Source: the human T2T-CHM13v2.0 reference genome, Homo sapiens
Strand: one strand, 5' to 3'
DNA length: 64,000 bases
Assembly (NCBI RefSeq): GCF_009914755.1
Contig: NC_060935.1
The position numbers and the translations under genes were made by a program. Positions 35,065 through 48,344 of the stretch are shown one piece after another. Numbering within the stretch: position 1 is the first letter of the stretch; each line of letters opens with the position of its first letter. The notes beneath the pieces were generated by a model. The model was given only the letters and a program-made list of their open reading frames with translations. It did no database searches and was not told the origin of the DNA.

Positions 35065-36004
35065 TCATCTGCTAAAATTCTGATTTTCTTCTGTCAAATT
35101 TGGATGATTTTAAAAAACTTTTCTTGCCTAATTGCTCTGGCTAGAACCTTTAAAACGATTTTGAATGAAAGTGGTGAAAGAAAACATCCTTGTCTTATTC
35201 TTGAACTTTGAGGAAAATCTTTCAGTCTTTCCACCTTTGAGTATTAATTAGCGTAGGTTTTTCATATATCGCTGGCCTTTAATATACTGAAGATGTTTTC
35301 TCTATTCTTAGTTTTTTTAGTGGTTTTATTATGAAAGAGTGTGCACTTTTGTCAAATCGCTTTTCTGCACTAATTGAGAAGATCAGGTATTTTTTCATTT
35401 ACACTGTTAATGTGGTGTATTATACTGATTAATTTTAATGTGGTAAATTGTACTATACTTGCATTCCAGGAATAAATTCCACTTGCCATGTGTTTAATTT
35501 TAATGTCTTTTTACATGCTGTTGAGTACAGTTTGTAGTATTCTCTTGAGGAATTTTTGCATCTCTATTTGTAATGAAATTAACAATGAATTTCGAGAATC
35601 ACTGAACTACATATCTAATAAATTAAAAAATAATGCATATCACATTTACTTAAAGAAAAGTCGAACAGGTATTTATATAAGTTGAATAAACATTTGCTAC
35701 CTAAAATGAAGCTCACAGTGCAATGTTATATAAAAAGGATAATATAAAATATAGCTATGATATTTATTATATAAGCTTTGTATCAGATACACACTAATAC
35801 ATACATACACACATGGGAGTGAGAAAACTTGAAATAAAGAAACAATTGAGAGTATTTATCTCTGGATTGTTGCCCAATGGCTGTTTTTTTTTCTTTTGTA
35901 CATTTTTGTATTTTCAGGTATTTTAAATTAAAATATATTGTGTGGTTCAACATATTTAAGTTTATGATGAAATTATTCACCAGTTATTACAAGAAATTAC
36001 ATGC

Positions 36005-36150
36005 AACCAGGATATTACATGGGGCATTGTTTTATGTAATTGCTTTATTTGTGGCCTCTTAGGCAATACTTCAATTATATTCTCTAGGGTTAACATCCCT
36101 AAGGCCTTTGTGGCATATATATTTGTGACACAGTTTGGTGTCAGGATTCA
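36005..36150 (+). promoter_or_regulatory. Putative OR promoter of the OR5D pseudogene
   Basis: Homeodomain-type TAATTG at 36037-42; O/E(EBF)-like TCTCTAGGGT at 36081-90 and TCCCTAAGGC at 36096-105; block conserved with 47985-48120. Confidence 0.55.
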
Positions 36151-36362
36151 GTCTTTTGGTAACATTTTTCTCTCTGTTATCACTGAGTTTATTTGAAAAA
36201 ATCAGGGGAAAAAAGTCATTTTCTTGAAACATTTATTGAAATATATTACAAACTCCTGCCTGCCACTTTTATTGTGATTTGCTTTTTTTTTTTTTTTTTC
36301 AGTTCTCCACAAGAACTTTCCTGGAGTCCGTTAATCTTTGCAAAAGAAGCGTTAGTAAATGA

Positions 36363-36391
36363 ATGAATAAGTCAATTTATTCTGTACTTAA
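36363..36391 (+). pseudogene. OR5D2P: Upstream coding segment of the OR5D pseudogene (MNKSIYSVL-K)
   Basis: ATG AAT AAG TCA ATT TAT TCT GTA CTT AA|GTGAGT; phase 2, in frame with the acceptor at 39089; homologous to 48316-48344. Confidence 0.7.
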
Positions 36392-37324
36392 GTGAGTTAT
36401 TCAATTCTTACTTTATATAACTTTAGAAGGAAAAGAGTGTGTTCCAACAATCTTTGCAGGAGGCAAACCCATATGTAAATCTAACTGCCGTTCCGTTAAC
36501 TAGGAATATTATCTTTCACCATATTTATTATTATTAATTTGCCTGTATTCTTTTTATCACAATATTCTTCTTCTTTTTATGGGCACAAACTTTAGTTTTA
36601 ATAAGTAATAAGAATTGTATGCTATGTTGTATAATTTGCAATTACATGCATTATGCCTCGGAATAATTCTTAGAAAAACAGTTTTGAGGTCAAGGCCAAT
36701 ATTTTATAATTTTACAGTTTCTAAAATGCCTATTACAGTGCTGAGTGCATAGCAAATGCACAATCGGATAGCCATGCTGGGTGTCACTACAAAAGAGGGA
36801 AAGCCTGTGCACGGCACCTTGAGCCCTCATTCAGCTCAAAAAGGGTGACACTTCCTGGGGCTAAATGGGAGATTGTGAACTTTGGCCCCAAGTCTTTCAG
36901 TCAAGAAATAAGAGTGTAGGAAGTGGGTTCAAAAGTGCCACACATAGAAAAGATGTTTGGGTAACAATAAGTCGAATATATATTATAAAATACATATCTT
37001 TGATGGAAATGATTTTCTTTTCAGGCCCAGTCTGCTCAGAGTTTGTTAGAACATCCTTAGGAAAGAATACAGATATTGGAAAATGCTTGAAAAAGTATGT
37101 TCAGTTAGGAAATTTGCACTCAATGAGTTTTGTGTCAAACTAAAACATAAGTTTAGAAAATAACAACAAATGTAGACGGTCAAATCACAGGTGTCAAATG
37201 AAGTGAATTTAAAGGAGCAATTAAAGAAAGAAACTGCATGGATATGTAAGTTGTACATAAAATACTTTTATATGTAACCCTAACCCTAACCTATATAAAA
37301 CCTATATAATTTTCTCTATATATA

Positions 37325-37328
<4 letters not shown>

Positions 37329-37364
<36 letters not shown>
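37329..37364. repeat. (AT)n microsatellite
   Basis: Direct reading. Confidence 0.95.
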
Positions 37365-37367
<3 letters not shown>

Positions 37368-39089
37368 TGCATGCACTTATGTTTTCTGCAAAATATAAGT
37401 GCGTGCAGTATATTCTCTTGGAGACTAAACATTGTAACAACTCAGTGTAAACTATAGAGTGCTTAATTTCACCTAATGATAAAGCATAGAATTTTTACAG
37501 AATGCTGTGTGGAATGGTGTTCTTTCTATGCCTACTGCTATTTTAGCTTTCGGTAAGCAGTCATGACATGGTTCTGGATTAAACTGGCACAAAACAGTAA
37601 TTGAGTTATTTTGAATGAACTCAGAACATTTTTTAAAAATCCAATACCTCATTTTCCCTTCTAACTCTCCTTGTTTTATTCTAATTCAAGATGCTTAGGT
37701 CCCATGGGGTTTCACTATAGCTACTTGTTCTGTAGGACTCCAGGTGTGCCTCAGTGCATTGTGAGTTTACAATGTGGTCCTGATTTAATAGGCAAGTCCA
37801 GCTTCTTTAGTATTATTATAAACTTTTACCCCAATACATGTATAATATGTGGCTAGATTTATTCACTCACATATACATTCATTTATTCAATCAAGATTGT
37901 TGAGAATCTACTATGTCCTAGCCTTCCATATTTGCCCTCATTAATATTATTTTATTGTAGAACAACAATTTGTTGAAATGGCAAAGAAGAAAACATGAGT
38001 AAAATATATATTATATTACAGATGTTGCATAATATTGATATTTTTCAGGGTTTATAGTTACTGATAATGACATAACTACTATGACCATGATGAATGAGTC
38101 AAGTTGAGATAAAATTATTGGAAAAGATGAAGAAACTAAAAGTATAGGATATAAGAAAGATTATCTGTGTCTCTATTGTAAGCAATTCAATGCAAACAAA
38201 ACAAAACAAAAATGTCCTAACCAAATAAAAACCATTGTAATTCTTCAGGAAGTGATGTCTCATCTTTGAAGATTTGGAGAACTGAATTTTGACCACCTGA
38301 GAATGTTGTGGCAGAAAGTACTTCAGAATAATAAAAATGATCTGGATGTATTATTATTGTTTGCTCCCAAACCAAATCATTCTAAATATCTGATATTATA
38401 ATATATCAAGAAAAGGAAACAGATTTTTTCAATAATTATATAAATGTGGCTGATCAAGTGCATCATTCACATTATACAGGAAGGATCTGAAATATGTGGA
38501 GATAAATGTGTGATTAAATGTAGGGAGGTCATTGGAAAGGGAAATTCAGAAATAGCTATAGAAACAACTGTTACAAAAATGTAATGATCATTTTACTCCA
38601 TCATTAATTTCCTTTTTAGAGTTCCAAGTTCTCATCATTTAATAGGTGAAGAAGTGAAAAAATTACCGAAACTCAAAATAAGCATTGTATTGAAATGAAA
38701 TAAAATGGAAATGCTTATCTTCCTCCAAGATAAGCGTTTTCACTAAACTCTGACTCATGCAAAAGGTAGACTGGCCCTTCTCGTGAAGCCAGTTGCGTCT
38801 GAGGCTACTGAACCGGATGGTTTAAAATATACCAGAGCCAACGGCACTTTTGTTCTTCCTCTCTCAGTTCCCATATTTTATTATTACATTGACATACATT
38901 TTATATGCACTGTATAATTGTGATATTAGCAAATTCTAGCTTTTGAAACAATGTAATTGTTGAAACTAAGCATATCCATAAGTCTTTTTATAAATAATCA
39001 CTAAACCTCTCAACATTTCCTCATTTTACTTGGCCTTGTCCAAATATTTCTTCTTGAATCTCTGAATCAACTTCCCTATTTTGTCCCAG

Positions 39090-40019
39090 GGACCAAGAAA
39101 ATCAGACTTCTGAAGTCACCTTCATCCTCTTGGGCTTCTCAGAATATCCAGACCTTCAGACGCCCCTGTTCCTGGTGTTCCTGACCATCTACACAGTCAC
39201 TGTGCTGGGGAATCTGGGCATGATCATAGTCATCAGGATCAGCCCCAAACTCCACACCCCCATGTGCTTTTTCCTCAGCCACTTGTCCTTTGTTGATTTC
39301 TGTTATTCCACCACAATTACACCCAAACTGCTGGAGAACTTGGTTGTGGAAGATAGAACTATCTCCTTCACAGGATGCACCATGCAGTTATTCTTTGTCT
39401 GCATATTTGTAGTAACAGAAACATTCATGCTGGCAGTGATGGCCTATGACCGATATGTGGCGGTGTGTAACCCTCTTCTCTACACAGTTGCAATGTACCA
39501 GAGGCTTTGCTCCTTGTTAGTGGCTACATCATACTGTTGGGGGATAGTCTGTTCCCTGACACTTACCTAGTTTCTACTGGAATTATCCTTCAGAGGAAAT
39601 AATATCATTAATAACTTTGTCTGTGAGCACGCTGCCATTGTTGCTGTGTCTTGCTCTGACCCCTGTGTGAGCCAGGAGATCACTTTAGTTTCTGCCACAT
39701 TCAATGAAATAAGCAGCCTGCTTCCTATGCTTTCATTTTTATCACTGTCATGAAGACGCCTTCCACTGGGGGGCGCAAGAAAGCGTTCTCCACGTCTGCC
39801 TCCCACTTGACGGCCATTACCATTTTCCATGGGACTATCCTTTTCCTCTACTGTGTTCCTAACTCCAAAAGTTCGTGGCTCATGGTCAAGGTGGCCTCTG
39901 TCTTTTACACAGTGGTCATTCCCATGCTGAACCCCTTGATCTATAGCCTCAGGAACAAAGATGTAAAAGAGACAGTTAGGAGGTTACTCATTACCAAATT
40001 ATTATGTCTCATATTATAA
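39090..40019 (+). pseudogene. OR5D2P: Olfactory receptor family 5D pseudogene, main exon
   Basis: Acceptor CTTCCCTATTTTGTCCCAG|G; [52 protein letters not shown] at 39568-70, and a 13-bp deletion (GTGATCATTCTCA) at 39720/21 relative to the paralog. Symbol from recalled gene order. Confidence 0.85.
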
Positions 40020-41829
40020 AATCTAGAAGTCGTACTTATTCCTATTGAAGAATATTGTGCAGAACTGCCCAAAAGTTGTAGAATTGCTAACAATCCAAAT
40101 CCCTTTTTCAAACAGTAAAGCAGTGCATGTACTTAATGTAACCCCTACTTAACTGGTTATTTGACATCTGTTCAAATTCTAGTAGATTAGCTAACAAGTA
40201 ACACAGTAATTTAATCTCTAATGATTTAACTTATCATTAAACTCAGAATTTGTCATGTAAAGATTTCTGAGTTAATATACATTACCCTATTGTTGCTCAG
40301 TTAACCTTCTGTTCTTTTTCAGTTGTTGGAGAATGGGCTTGTAGATTTGTTCTGAAAAATTATAGCTTACCATGAAGGAAGATATAGCAAATGCAATACA
40401 GTAAACTAAGACATGTTCAGCACTCAGACACTAAGTTTAAAAGTAATATTTATTTAATTCCACATAGGGCACATTGGTATATTATAAATGTGTATAAGGC
40501 GTAAGTCTGCCCACAAAGTCCAGAATATGGTTTGGTAAAATTGTATTGGTTAACATAAAATTTTATTTGATCATTGTACACAATATATCAAAAAATGAAA
40601 ATAGCCACATATTTTAGAAATAGACATTTTGAAATCTGAATTTGTCATTCACTACAATCTTGATTTTCATATAAGTTATAAATTTGATCCATAACAGAAT
40701 ACCATAAATGTCAGTGATACATAACATTAGGTAATTATTAATTTTTTGTCAATTGATTTGGCAGTCCTGATAGTATCAGCTGGTGCATCTTGGTTAATAT
40801 TATCTAGTCTAACGGGTCTAACGGGAACTCATAGACCTACATAACGATTGAGTAGCTCTGCCTCTGTATCTATGGTCCTCTGAACCATTGGGCTAGCTGG
40901 AGTATTTTCTTCCAGTGTTGATGGGTGAGTCACAAGGGGAAATGTACAACAAAAGCTAGTTCAAGCTTCCATTCGCCTCATGTTTTTTAGCATTATTTTA
41001 GGCAAAGAGAATCACATTGCTGGGCTCAAAGTTAATGACTGAGGAAGGATATCTGCCTCTTATTGTAGAATTGAAAAGTTACGTGGCAAATAATGTAGAT
41101 ACACAGAGGAATGAAGGATTCTGCCTACTATTTCTATATATCTAAATTGTTGGGAAATTTTAGTTAATGGGAAATTATCCTTCTTATTCCAGATAAATTT
41201 TTGTCCTAGTTTGACAAAAGTCTTCTGTAAATTGATGAGAAATTTAATCGACTTAACTAAATGACTGTTTTTGTTGATTGTCACTTGCTGTTGATAGTTA
41301 ATGTTTAAGAGGAAAGACAAAGTCTTGGTAAATTTCCATATATCATGGTTCCTGTATTCCTGACTCTCATGTTCAAATAAAAATGGCAATTTCCTTTGTT
41401 ATAAAGTTTATTATAAAACTATTTAACCTAATCCATTTATCTGATTGTTTAGCAATACATAAAAATATTTTTTAACAAATCATATTATATAACTATAGTA
41501 TTGCATAACTTATTTAACTTCTAATTGTTCATCAAACAGAGGACATATACACTTAAGTAAATGTTCCAGTCAAGTACATTAATAGGTTTTGTGTATGTTA
41601 ACAAAAACATTTTAAGAAAAAAGAAAAATGCATTTAGAGAATGTGAAAACAGTATAAAATGAACTATACTTGGCACATTCTAAAGGTCCTTGGATTTAAA
41701 ATCCTATTTGAAAAAAAAAAGATAGATATTAGGTAAATTATAATTTGTAAACTATAATTAGCTTTCTATATTGTAGGAGAAAACAAAACAATAACTTTGA
41801 AGAAAACGGGTTTATTACAGTAAGATGGC

Positions 41830-43080
41830 TGTGAACATTTCTGTCGGAATCTTTGTAAAGGCACATACAGCACTTTTATTTCCTTTTACAAGTACCTAGG
41901 AAAGATAGCCGAGTCATATGGTAGGTGTACATTTAATTTCTTAAGAAGCTTCCAAATGATCTTTAAAGTGGCTGTACCATTTAAAATCCTCCTAGCTGGG
42001 TATGATACTTCTGATTGTTCCCCATCTTGGACAAATAACTATATGGTCATTATTTTCAATCTTAGAAATTCTTACAAGTATGTAATGGTATCTTATTGGA
42101 TTTGTGTTTGCATTCATCTGATAAGTAATTAAGTTGAATATATTTTCATGTGATTATTGGTTATTTGTATTTTTTTGATAAAGTCTATGTTCAAATACTC
42201 TGCCTATTTTTAATTGCAATTCTTTTCTTATTATTGGGGCTTGATAATTATTTATATATTGTAGATACAACTCTTTTTTCTCCTCAAATGTGTGATTTGA
42301 AATATTTCTTTGAATATGTGGCTTATCTTTCACCCTCTTTAGAGTGTGTTTTGAAAAACAGATATTCTGGATTTGTGTAATAATGTATATAGAAATGCAA
42401 AGTAAGTGAAATATCCAAAAATATTTTTAAAAGAGAATGATTGGAGGAATTGAAGGTTTACTGTAAAACAAAAGGAAACAAACCAGTATGGTTTAGGTAT
42501 AAAGACAGACAAATTGAGACTATAATAGAATAAATAAAATAGAATCCAGATATAATCCAAGAAACATATAATCAATTGATCTTTGAAAACATATCTGAAA
42601 AAAACTGGATAATTGAATGGGGGAAAATAACCTCATTTCCTACCTCTCTCCATAGAAAATTAATTCGATATTTATTATCAAATTAATTAACCATAACAGC
42701 TGAAACACTAAGGCCTCTGGAATAAAGAACAGGTGATTATCTATATGAAAATCGACAAATGAGACTGTCAATAATTAAAAACTGCCTATCATCAAATTAG
42801 ATCATTATAAAAAGAAGAGACAACCCATAGATTAGAAGTAATTACCTGTAGACTGGGAGTGTATATTAACAATATATAGAGTTGTCAATTACTAAATATA
42901 TATATATAACAAATAATAAGAAAATTAAATTAAAATAGACTAATGTGCAATTACTTTGTAAAAATATATAGATGGATAATAATCTCACAAAAATATTCCA
43001 ACAATATATGTTTTCAAGGGAATGTAAATTAAATATCACTATGATTGCTTGAAGTTTCAAAATAATGAATTTTTTTAAAA
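41830..43080. mobile_element. Decayed L1M fragments (antisense, then sense)
   Basis: GTCATATGGTAGGTGTACATTTAA / GTGGCTGTACCATTT (antisense), then CAATTGATCTTTGAAAAC (sense). Confidence 0.55.
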
Positions 43081-43269
43081 GGCACAAATACTAGTTTTCA
43101 AAAGTTTTCATTCCCTGTGGTCACATCATCTACTAAAATATCGCTTTCCAAAACTTTTAGATATATATTTTGAAGTGTTCTCTCTAGCTTTTTTTATGTT
43201 CTCTATATCTCTATCTTTGCTGCAAGTTGTATCAGTTCCTCACAGATGTCACAAAATTTATTAAGTTTC

Positions 43270-43690
43270 TGTAATAGCTTTTTGGCCTTAGAAACACCTT
43301 TCATAGTCTGGTGAAGCATATGAGATCTTCTTTAGAAAAACATTTAAAAATAAAATGGATATAAATGTAAATCAAACATATTATATTTCTATAAAATTAC
43401 CAAATATTAAAAATATTAACTTTATGGACTTGTATAATATTTGTGCTTTATTATTCATATTAGATAATATCTACATACATGCACATTAACTATTATAATT
43501 TGGAATAAGGATGATCATAGTAATATTTTTAGGTAGGTTATAATATATAAATAATAAAAATATATCTGTGATTTCTATGGTTAGAGTATTGCTAACAGTA
43601 CTGTGGTTTGTGGTCTACCTTCATAATTAAAAACACACTAAATTTCAGTTAGAGTTAAACAAAAATAATTATGAGTTTTTTCCATATTAT
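43270..43690. mobile_element. hAT-Charlie-like DNA transposon remnant
   Basis: AGTCTGGTGAAGCATATG and AAATTTCAGTTAGAG resemble Charlie-family MERs. Confidence 0.4.
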
Positions 43691-43903
43691 TTCATCATAA
43701 ACTAGCAGATCATTTAAAATACGTTGTACACTACGTTGTATAACAGATCTGTAGAACTTATTCATGTTGCATAACTGAAAATGCGTACCCCTTGAGCAAC
43801 AGCTCCCAATTTCCTCCTCCCCCTAGACCCTGGTAAACACCTTTCTACTCTCTGCTCCTATGAGTTTGGCTCTTTTAGATACTTCATATAAGTAGAATCA
43901 TAA

Positions 43904-44820
43904 TAGTGTAGGACATTTTCTTGACTCTTTCACAGGTCTTGCAACGGGGGTGCCTTGTTTACTCAGTCTGCCCTGCTCAACCCCTTGCTGAAGGGAGCCT
44001 GAGAGTGAACCAGTACAGGAACTGGAGTGGGCAAGTGCAGAACCAGCTGCTTTGGTGCCAGCAGGAGCAAACTCCATGTGAGCCGCAGGGCAGTGTCCAG
44101 GGGCCGTGCCCGTGACCCCCAGGCCCCAGAGGGTGTGTTAAAATGCTTCCTTAGCTGTGCTTTCTGCAGACAGCCATGTGTTACCAGCTCAACGGGCCCT
44201 TTGCCTCATCACATGAGGAAATTGCCTTCCACCAGTAAGGGCAAAGGGCCAGGGTGACAAACCTTTTAGGTATCCACATCTGGTGCATCCTGAATTTTTG
44301 TCTGGTGCCCAAGACGAATGAGGTCATGTGGACGAATTGAAAGATGGTGAATGTGGAGAATTTTATTGAATGATGAAAGCTGCTCTCAGTGGAGAGGGAG
44401 GAGCTGGAAAGGGGATGGGAAGGGAAGGTTGCTCTCCCCTGAAGTCAATCCACCTTTCTGACTTTCTTTTCCAAAGTCAAGTTGCTTCATCCAGCCACTG
44501 TCTTTGAAGTCAAAGTCACCTCTCTCTGACATCCAGCCACTTCTTCCTGAGGTTCAGCCACTTTTCTTCTCTGCTAGCTGGGTCTGGGGTCTTACAGGCA
44601 CAGGATGGGGGTGGGGTGAGCCATAGGTAGTTTTGGAAAAGACAACATTCAACTGGTAAAAAGACGTTATTCAGAAAGAACCAATCAGGGGAGAGCAGAC
44701 ACATAGGGATGGAAGTTCTCACTTAGGGCCACGGGTTTCAGGCTGTTTAGCTTGAAGGTGGGGTTTTGCCAAAGACCTGCCCTTGTCTGCCTAGAATTTC
44801 TCTGCCTCCTGTCATTATCA
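43904..44820 (-). mobile_element. ERV1 solo LTR (LTR28/MER52 group)
   Basis: Minus strand begins TGATAATGACAGGAGGCAGAGAAATTCTAGGCAGAC; 4-bp ATAA flanks at 43900-03 and 44821-24. Confidence 0.7.
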
Positions 44821-45636
44821 ATAACATATTAGTACTTCTGTTGCTCATTTATCTAATTTAGCATAAGGCCCTCTAGGTTAATTTCTGTTATCACATATAG
44901 CAGGATTCGCTTCTTTTTAAAGCTGAATAATATTCCATTTTATGTATATACCAGATTTTTTGTGTCCATTCGTCTGTCAATGGGCTTTTAGATTGTTTCC
45001 ATATTTTGAGTATTGTGAATAATGCTGGAGTGAACACAGTAGTGTAGATATCTCTTCAAGATCTGGATTTCAGTTCTTTTGGTTACATACCCAAAAGTGA
45101 GATTGCTGGGTCATATACTAATTCTAGTTTTAATATTTTAAGGAACGTTGATATGTTTCCCATGGTGGCTGCACCACTTTATATGCCCATCAACAATGGA
45201 CAAGCATCCTTTATCTCCACATCCTTGCAACACTAATTATTATTATTATGTTTCATCATAGCCATACTAAAAGGTATGAGGTGATAGCTCATTGTGGTTT
45301 TGTCTTGTAATTCCCAGATGACTAGTAATTTCATCGTCTTTTCATGTACATATTGGCCACCTGTATGTCCATAATGGAGAAATGTCTGTCTAAATCCTAT
45401 GCTTGTTTTAATTGGCTATTTCCCTTGTGTTGTTGAATTGTAGGAGTTCCTTATATATTTCACATATTAACTTCTTATAAAACATATGATTTGCAAATAT
45501 TTTCTTCCATTTCCTAGGTTGCCTTTTCACTCTATTGATTGTTTCTTTTGCTGTGCAACTTTTTAGTTTGATACAGTTCCACTGACCTATTTTCACTTTT
45601 ATTGTTTGTGTTTCTGTTGCCATGTTCAAGAAATAA

Positions 45637-46090
<454 letters not shown>

Positions 46091-47984
46091 TGACGTCATT
46101 CTTTTGCATGTGGATATCCAGTTTTCCTAACACCATTTGTTGAAGAGACTATCCTTTTTCCCATTATGTATTCTTGGTACATTTGTTAAAGGTTAGATGT
46201 CTGTATGTGTGTGGGTTATGTCTGGGCTTTCTATTCTGCCCAATGGTCTATGTGTCTGTTTATATGCTAGTACAATACTATTTTATTTATTGCAATTTTG
46301 TAATATATTTTGAAATCAGGAAGAGTGATGCCTCCAGCATTTTTCTCTTTTTTTTCTTGTTTCCTTTAGCTGTTTTGATCTTTTGTATGTTTACAAAAAT
46401 TTTAGTTTTCTATTCTATTTTGTAAAAATAGAAAAGAAATCTAGATCTATGTGATTTTAATTGACATTGCATTAAATCATTACATATATTTGAGTAGAAT
46501 TAACATTTTAACATTAAGTTTTCTAATCCATGACCATGGGATGTGAAGCATAAAATTAACAGAAATATGGAAATAATAAATGTTAGGAAAGAAATAAATG
46601 AGATAAGTAATATAAAAAACAATACAATAAATCAATAAAACTCAGGTTTTTAAAAAATATAAACATAATTGGCCAAATAATAGGTGGACCAAGAAAAAAA
46701 AGAGAAGACTCAAATATAATCAGAAATGAAAGAGGAAACATTGCATCTAACCGACCAATGCTATAGAAATTAAGGATCAAAATTGACTACTATAAACAAT
46801 TGTATGCCTAAAAATTGGATGACTTATAAGAGATAAAAAAAAATTTTTAGAAATGTACAAGCTACAATAACTGAATCATGAAGAAATAGAAACTCTGAAC
46901 AGATCAAAGACTAATAACAAGATTGAATCTGTAATCAAAAACCTCCCAACAAAGAAAATGCGGGACAAGACGGTTTCACTTGTGAATTCTACCAAACATA
47001 TAAAAAGTACAAACACTAGTCTTTCTAAAAACATTCCAACAATTAAAGAAGTGAGAACACTTTGAGACTCATTTTATGGAACTGGCATTATGTTGATAAC
47101 AAAGACAGACAAAGATACTACAAGAAAAGGAAACCACAGGCGAATATACTCAATGAACAGATTCCTATTGCTTTTCTATCTGTAGTTCCTTAGTTGTATC
47201 GTGTCTGAGACACCATCAGCTCTTTTGCCCTTGATTTCCCTATGTGCGATATGAGGTCCTCTGCAATGGAACGAGCTTTTTTCTGAAGACACGTTTAAAG
47301 GAGTGTTGCATGATTCCCTCTTCCTCACATGCAAAATACAACTATAACCTCAAATGTACCATGATGATGGCGAAACACAAGTAGAAAGGAACATGAGCCC
47401 CTGCATTACTAACATGTAGCAGAGATGCCCAATGTTTAGGAGTGCATTTTGGACCTGCACTAGTGAGAAATAAGTCTTTATTCTTTAAAAGCATGTTAGA
47501 TAGAGTACCGAAATTAATGGATATATCATCCTTTCCATAAAGTGGCATTTTCCATAAACTGGTTTATTTTTAGAAACATGTAACCCAGTTTTTTCCAGAT
47601 TCAACAGTCAGCATAAACATCTGAAGATCATTTAGCCATATTTAAAAAGGCAAACACAAATTGTTTTCTATTAAAAAAAACAATAGTGTGACTACCAAAT
47701 GAAGTTTGTATTACTAACAAAGGATAAATAAAAGATGTAGCATTATTTAGTCAGCTCTGTATTTCAACATATAATAACATAAATATATCTTCATAAAAAG
47801 AGAAAATAAATTCAACATGAGGTAATGATACCTATCTCTGGACTATTGTTTTATAGCTGATTTTTCCCTTTCACATTTGTATTTTACACCTATGTAAAGT
47901 CAAGATATATTCACTATTACGATTAATTAAGTGAAGTTGGTAAGATAAATGTCAAGGGCTTTAGAAAGGCACTATACAAACAAG

Positions 47985-48120
47985 ATATCACATGGGACAG
48001 TGTTATATCTAATTGCTCAAATGGTAGCCTCCAAGGCAATACTTCAGTGATATTCTCTAGTCACGAGGTCCCCAAGGCCTTGGGGGCAAATATTTGTGAC
48101 ACAGTTTGGTGCTAGGACTT
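47985..48120 (+). promoter_or_regulatory. Putative OR promoter of the intact OR5D locus
   Basis: O/E-like TCACATGGGA at 47988-97; TAATTG at 48010-15; palindrome CCCCAAGGCCTTGGGG at 48070-85; conserved with the paralog. Confidence 0.6.
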
Positions 48121-48315
48121 AGTTTCTAGATGTGACCTTATCTCTGCTATCTATGAGTTTTCTTAATAGGTTGGGTAAAAAAGTAACATTTAAAATCTTC
48201 AAGGAAATATACTCTCGACACTCCTACTGTTGTTTTCAGGTTTGTTTCTATTAATTAAGTGCTAAGCGGGAGCATTATTGGAGTTCGTTAATTTCAGCAA
48301 AAGATCCTTCAGTAA

Positions 48316-48344
48316 ATGAATCACTCAGATGCCTCTGTATTTAG
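48316..48344 (+). CDS. OR5D3P: Predicted first coding segment of the split-CDS OR5D receptor (MNHSDASVF-R)
   Basis: ATG AAT CAC TCA GAT GCC TCT GTA TTT AG|GTGAGT; consensus donor, phase 2, in frame with the acceptor at 50505. Confidence 0.75.

Noticed and set aside
37275-37292. (TAACCC)x3 as an interstitial telomere
   Set aside because: Only about three units next to an AT microsatellite; too short to support
48329-48344. Second ATG in the micro-segment (ATG CCT CTG TAT TTA G)
   Set aside because: Phase 1 at the donor, out of frame with the main exon, and downstream of the in-frame ATG
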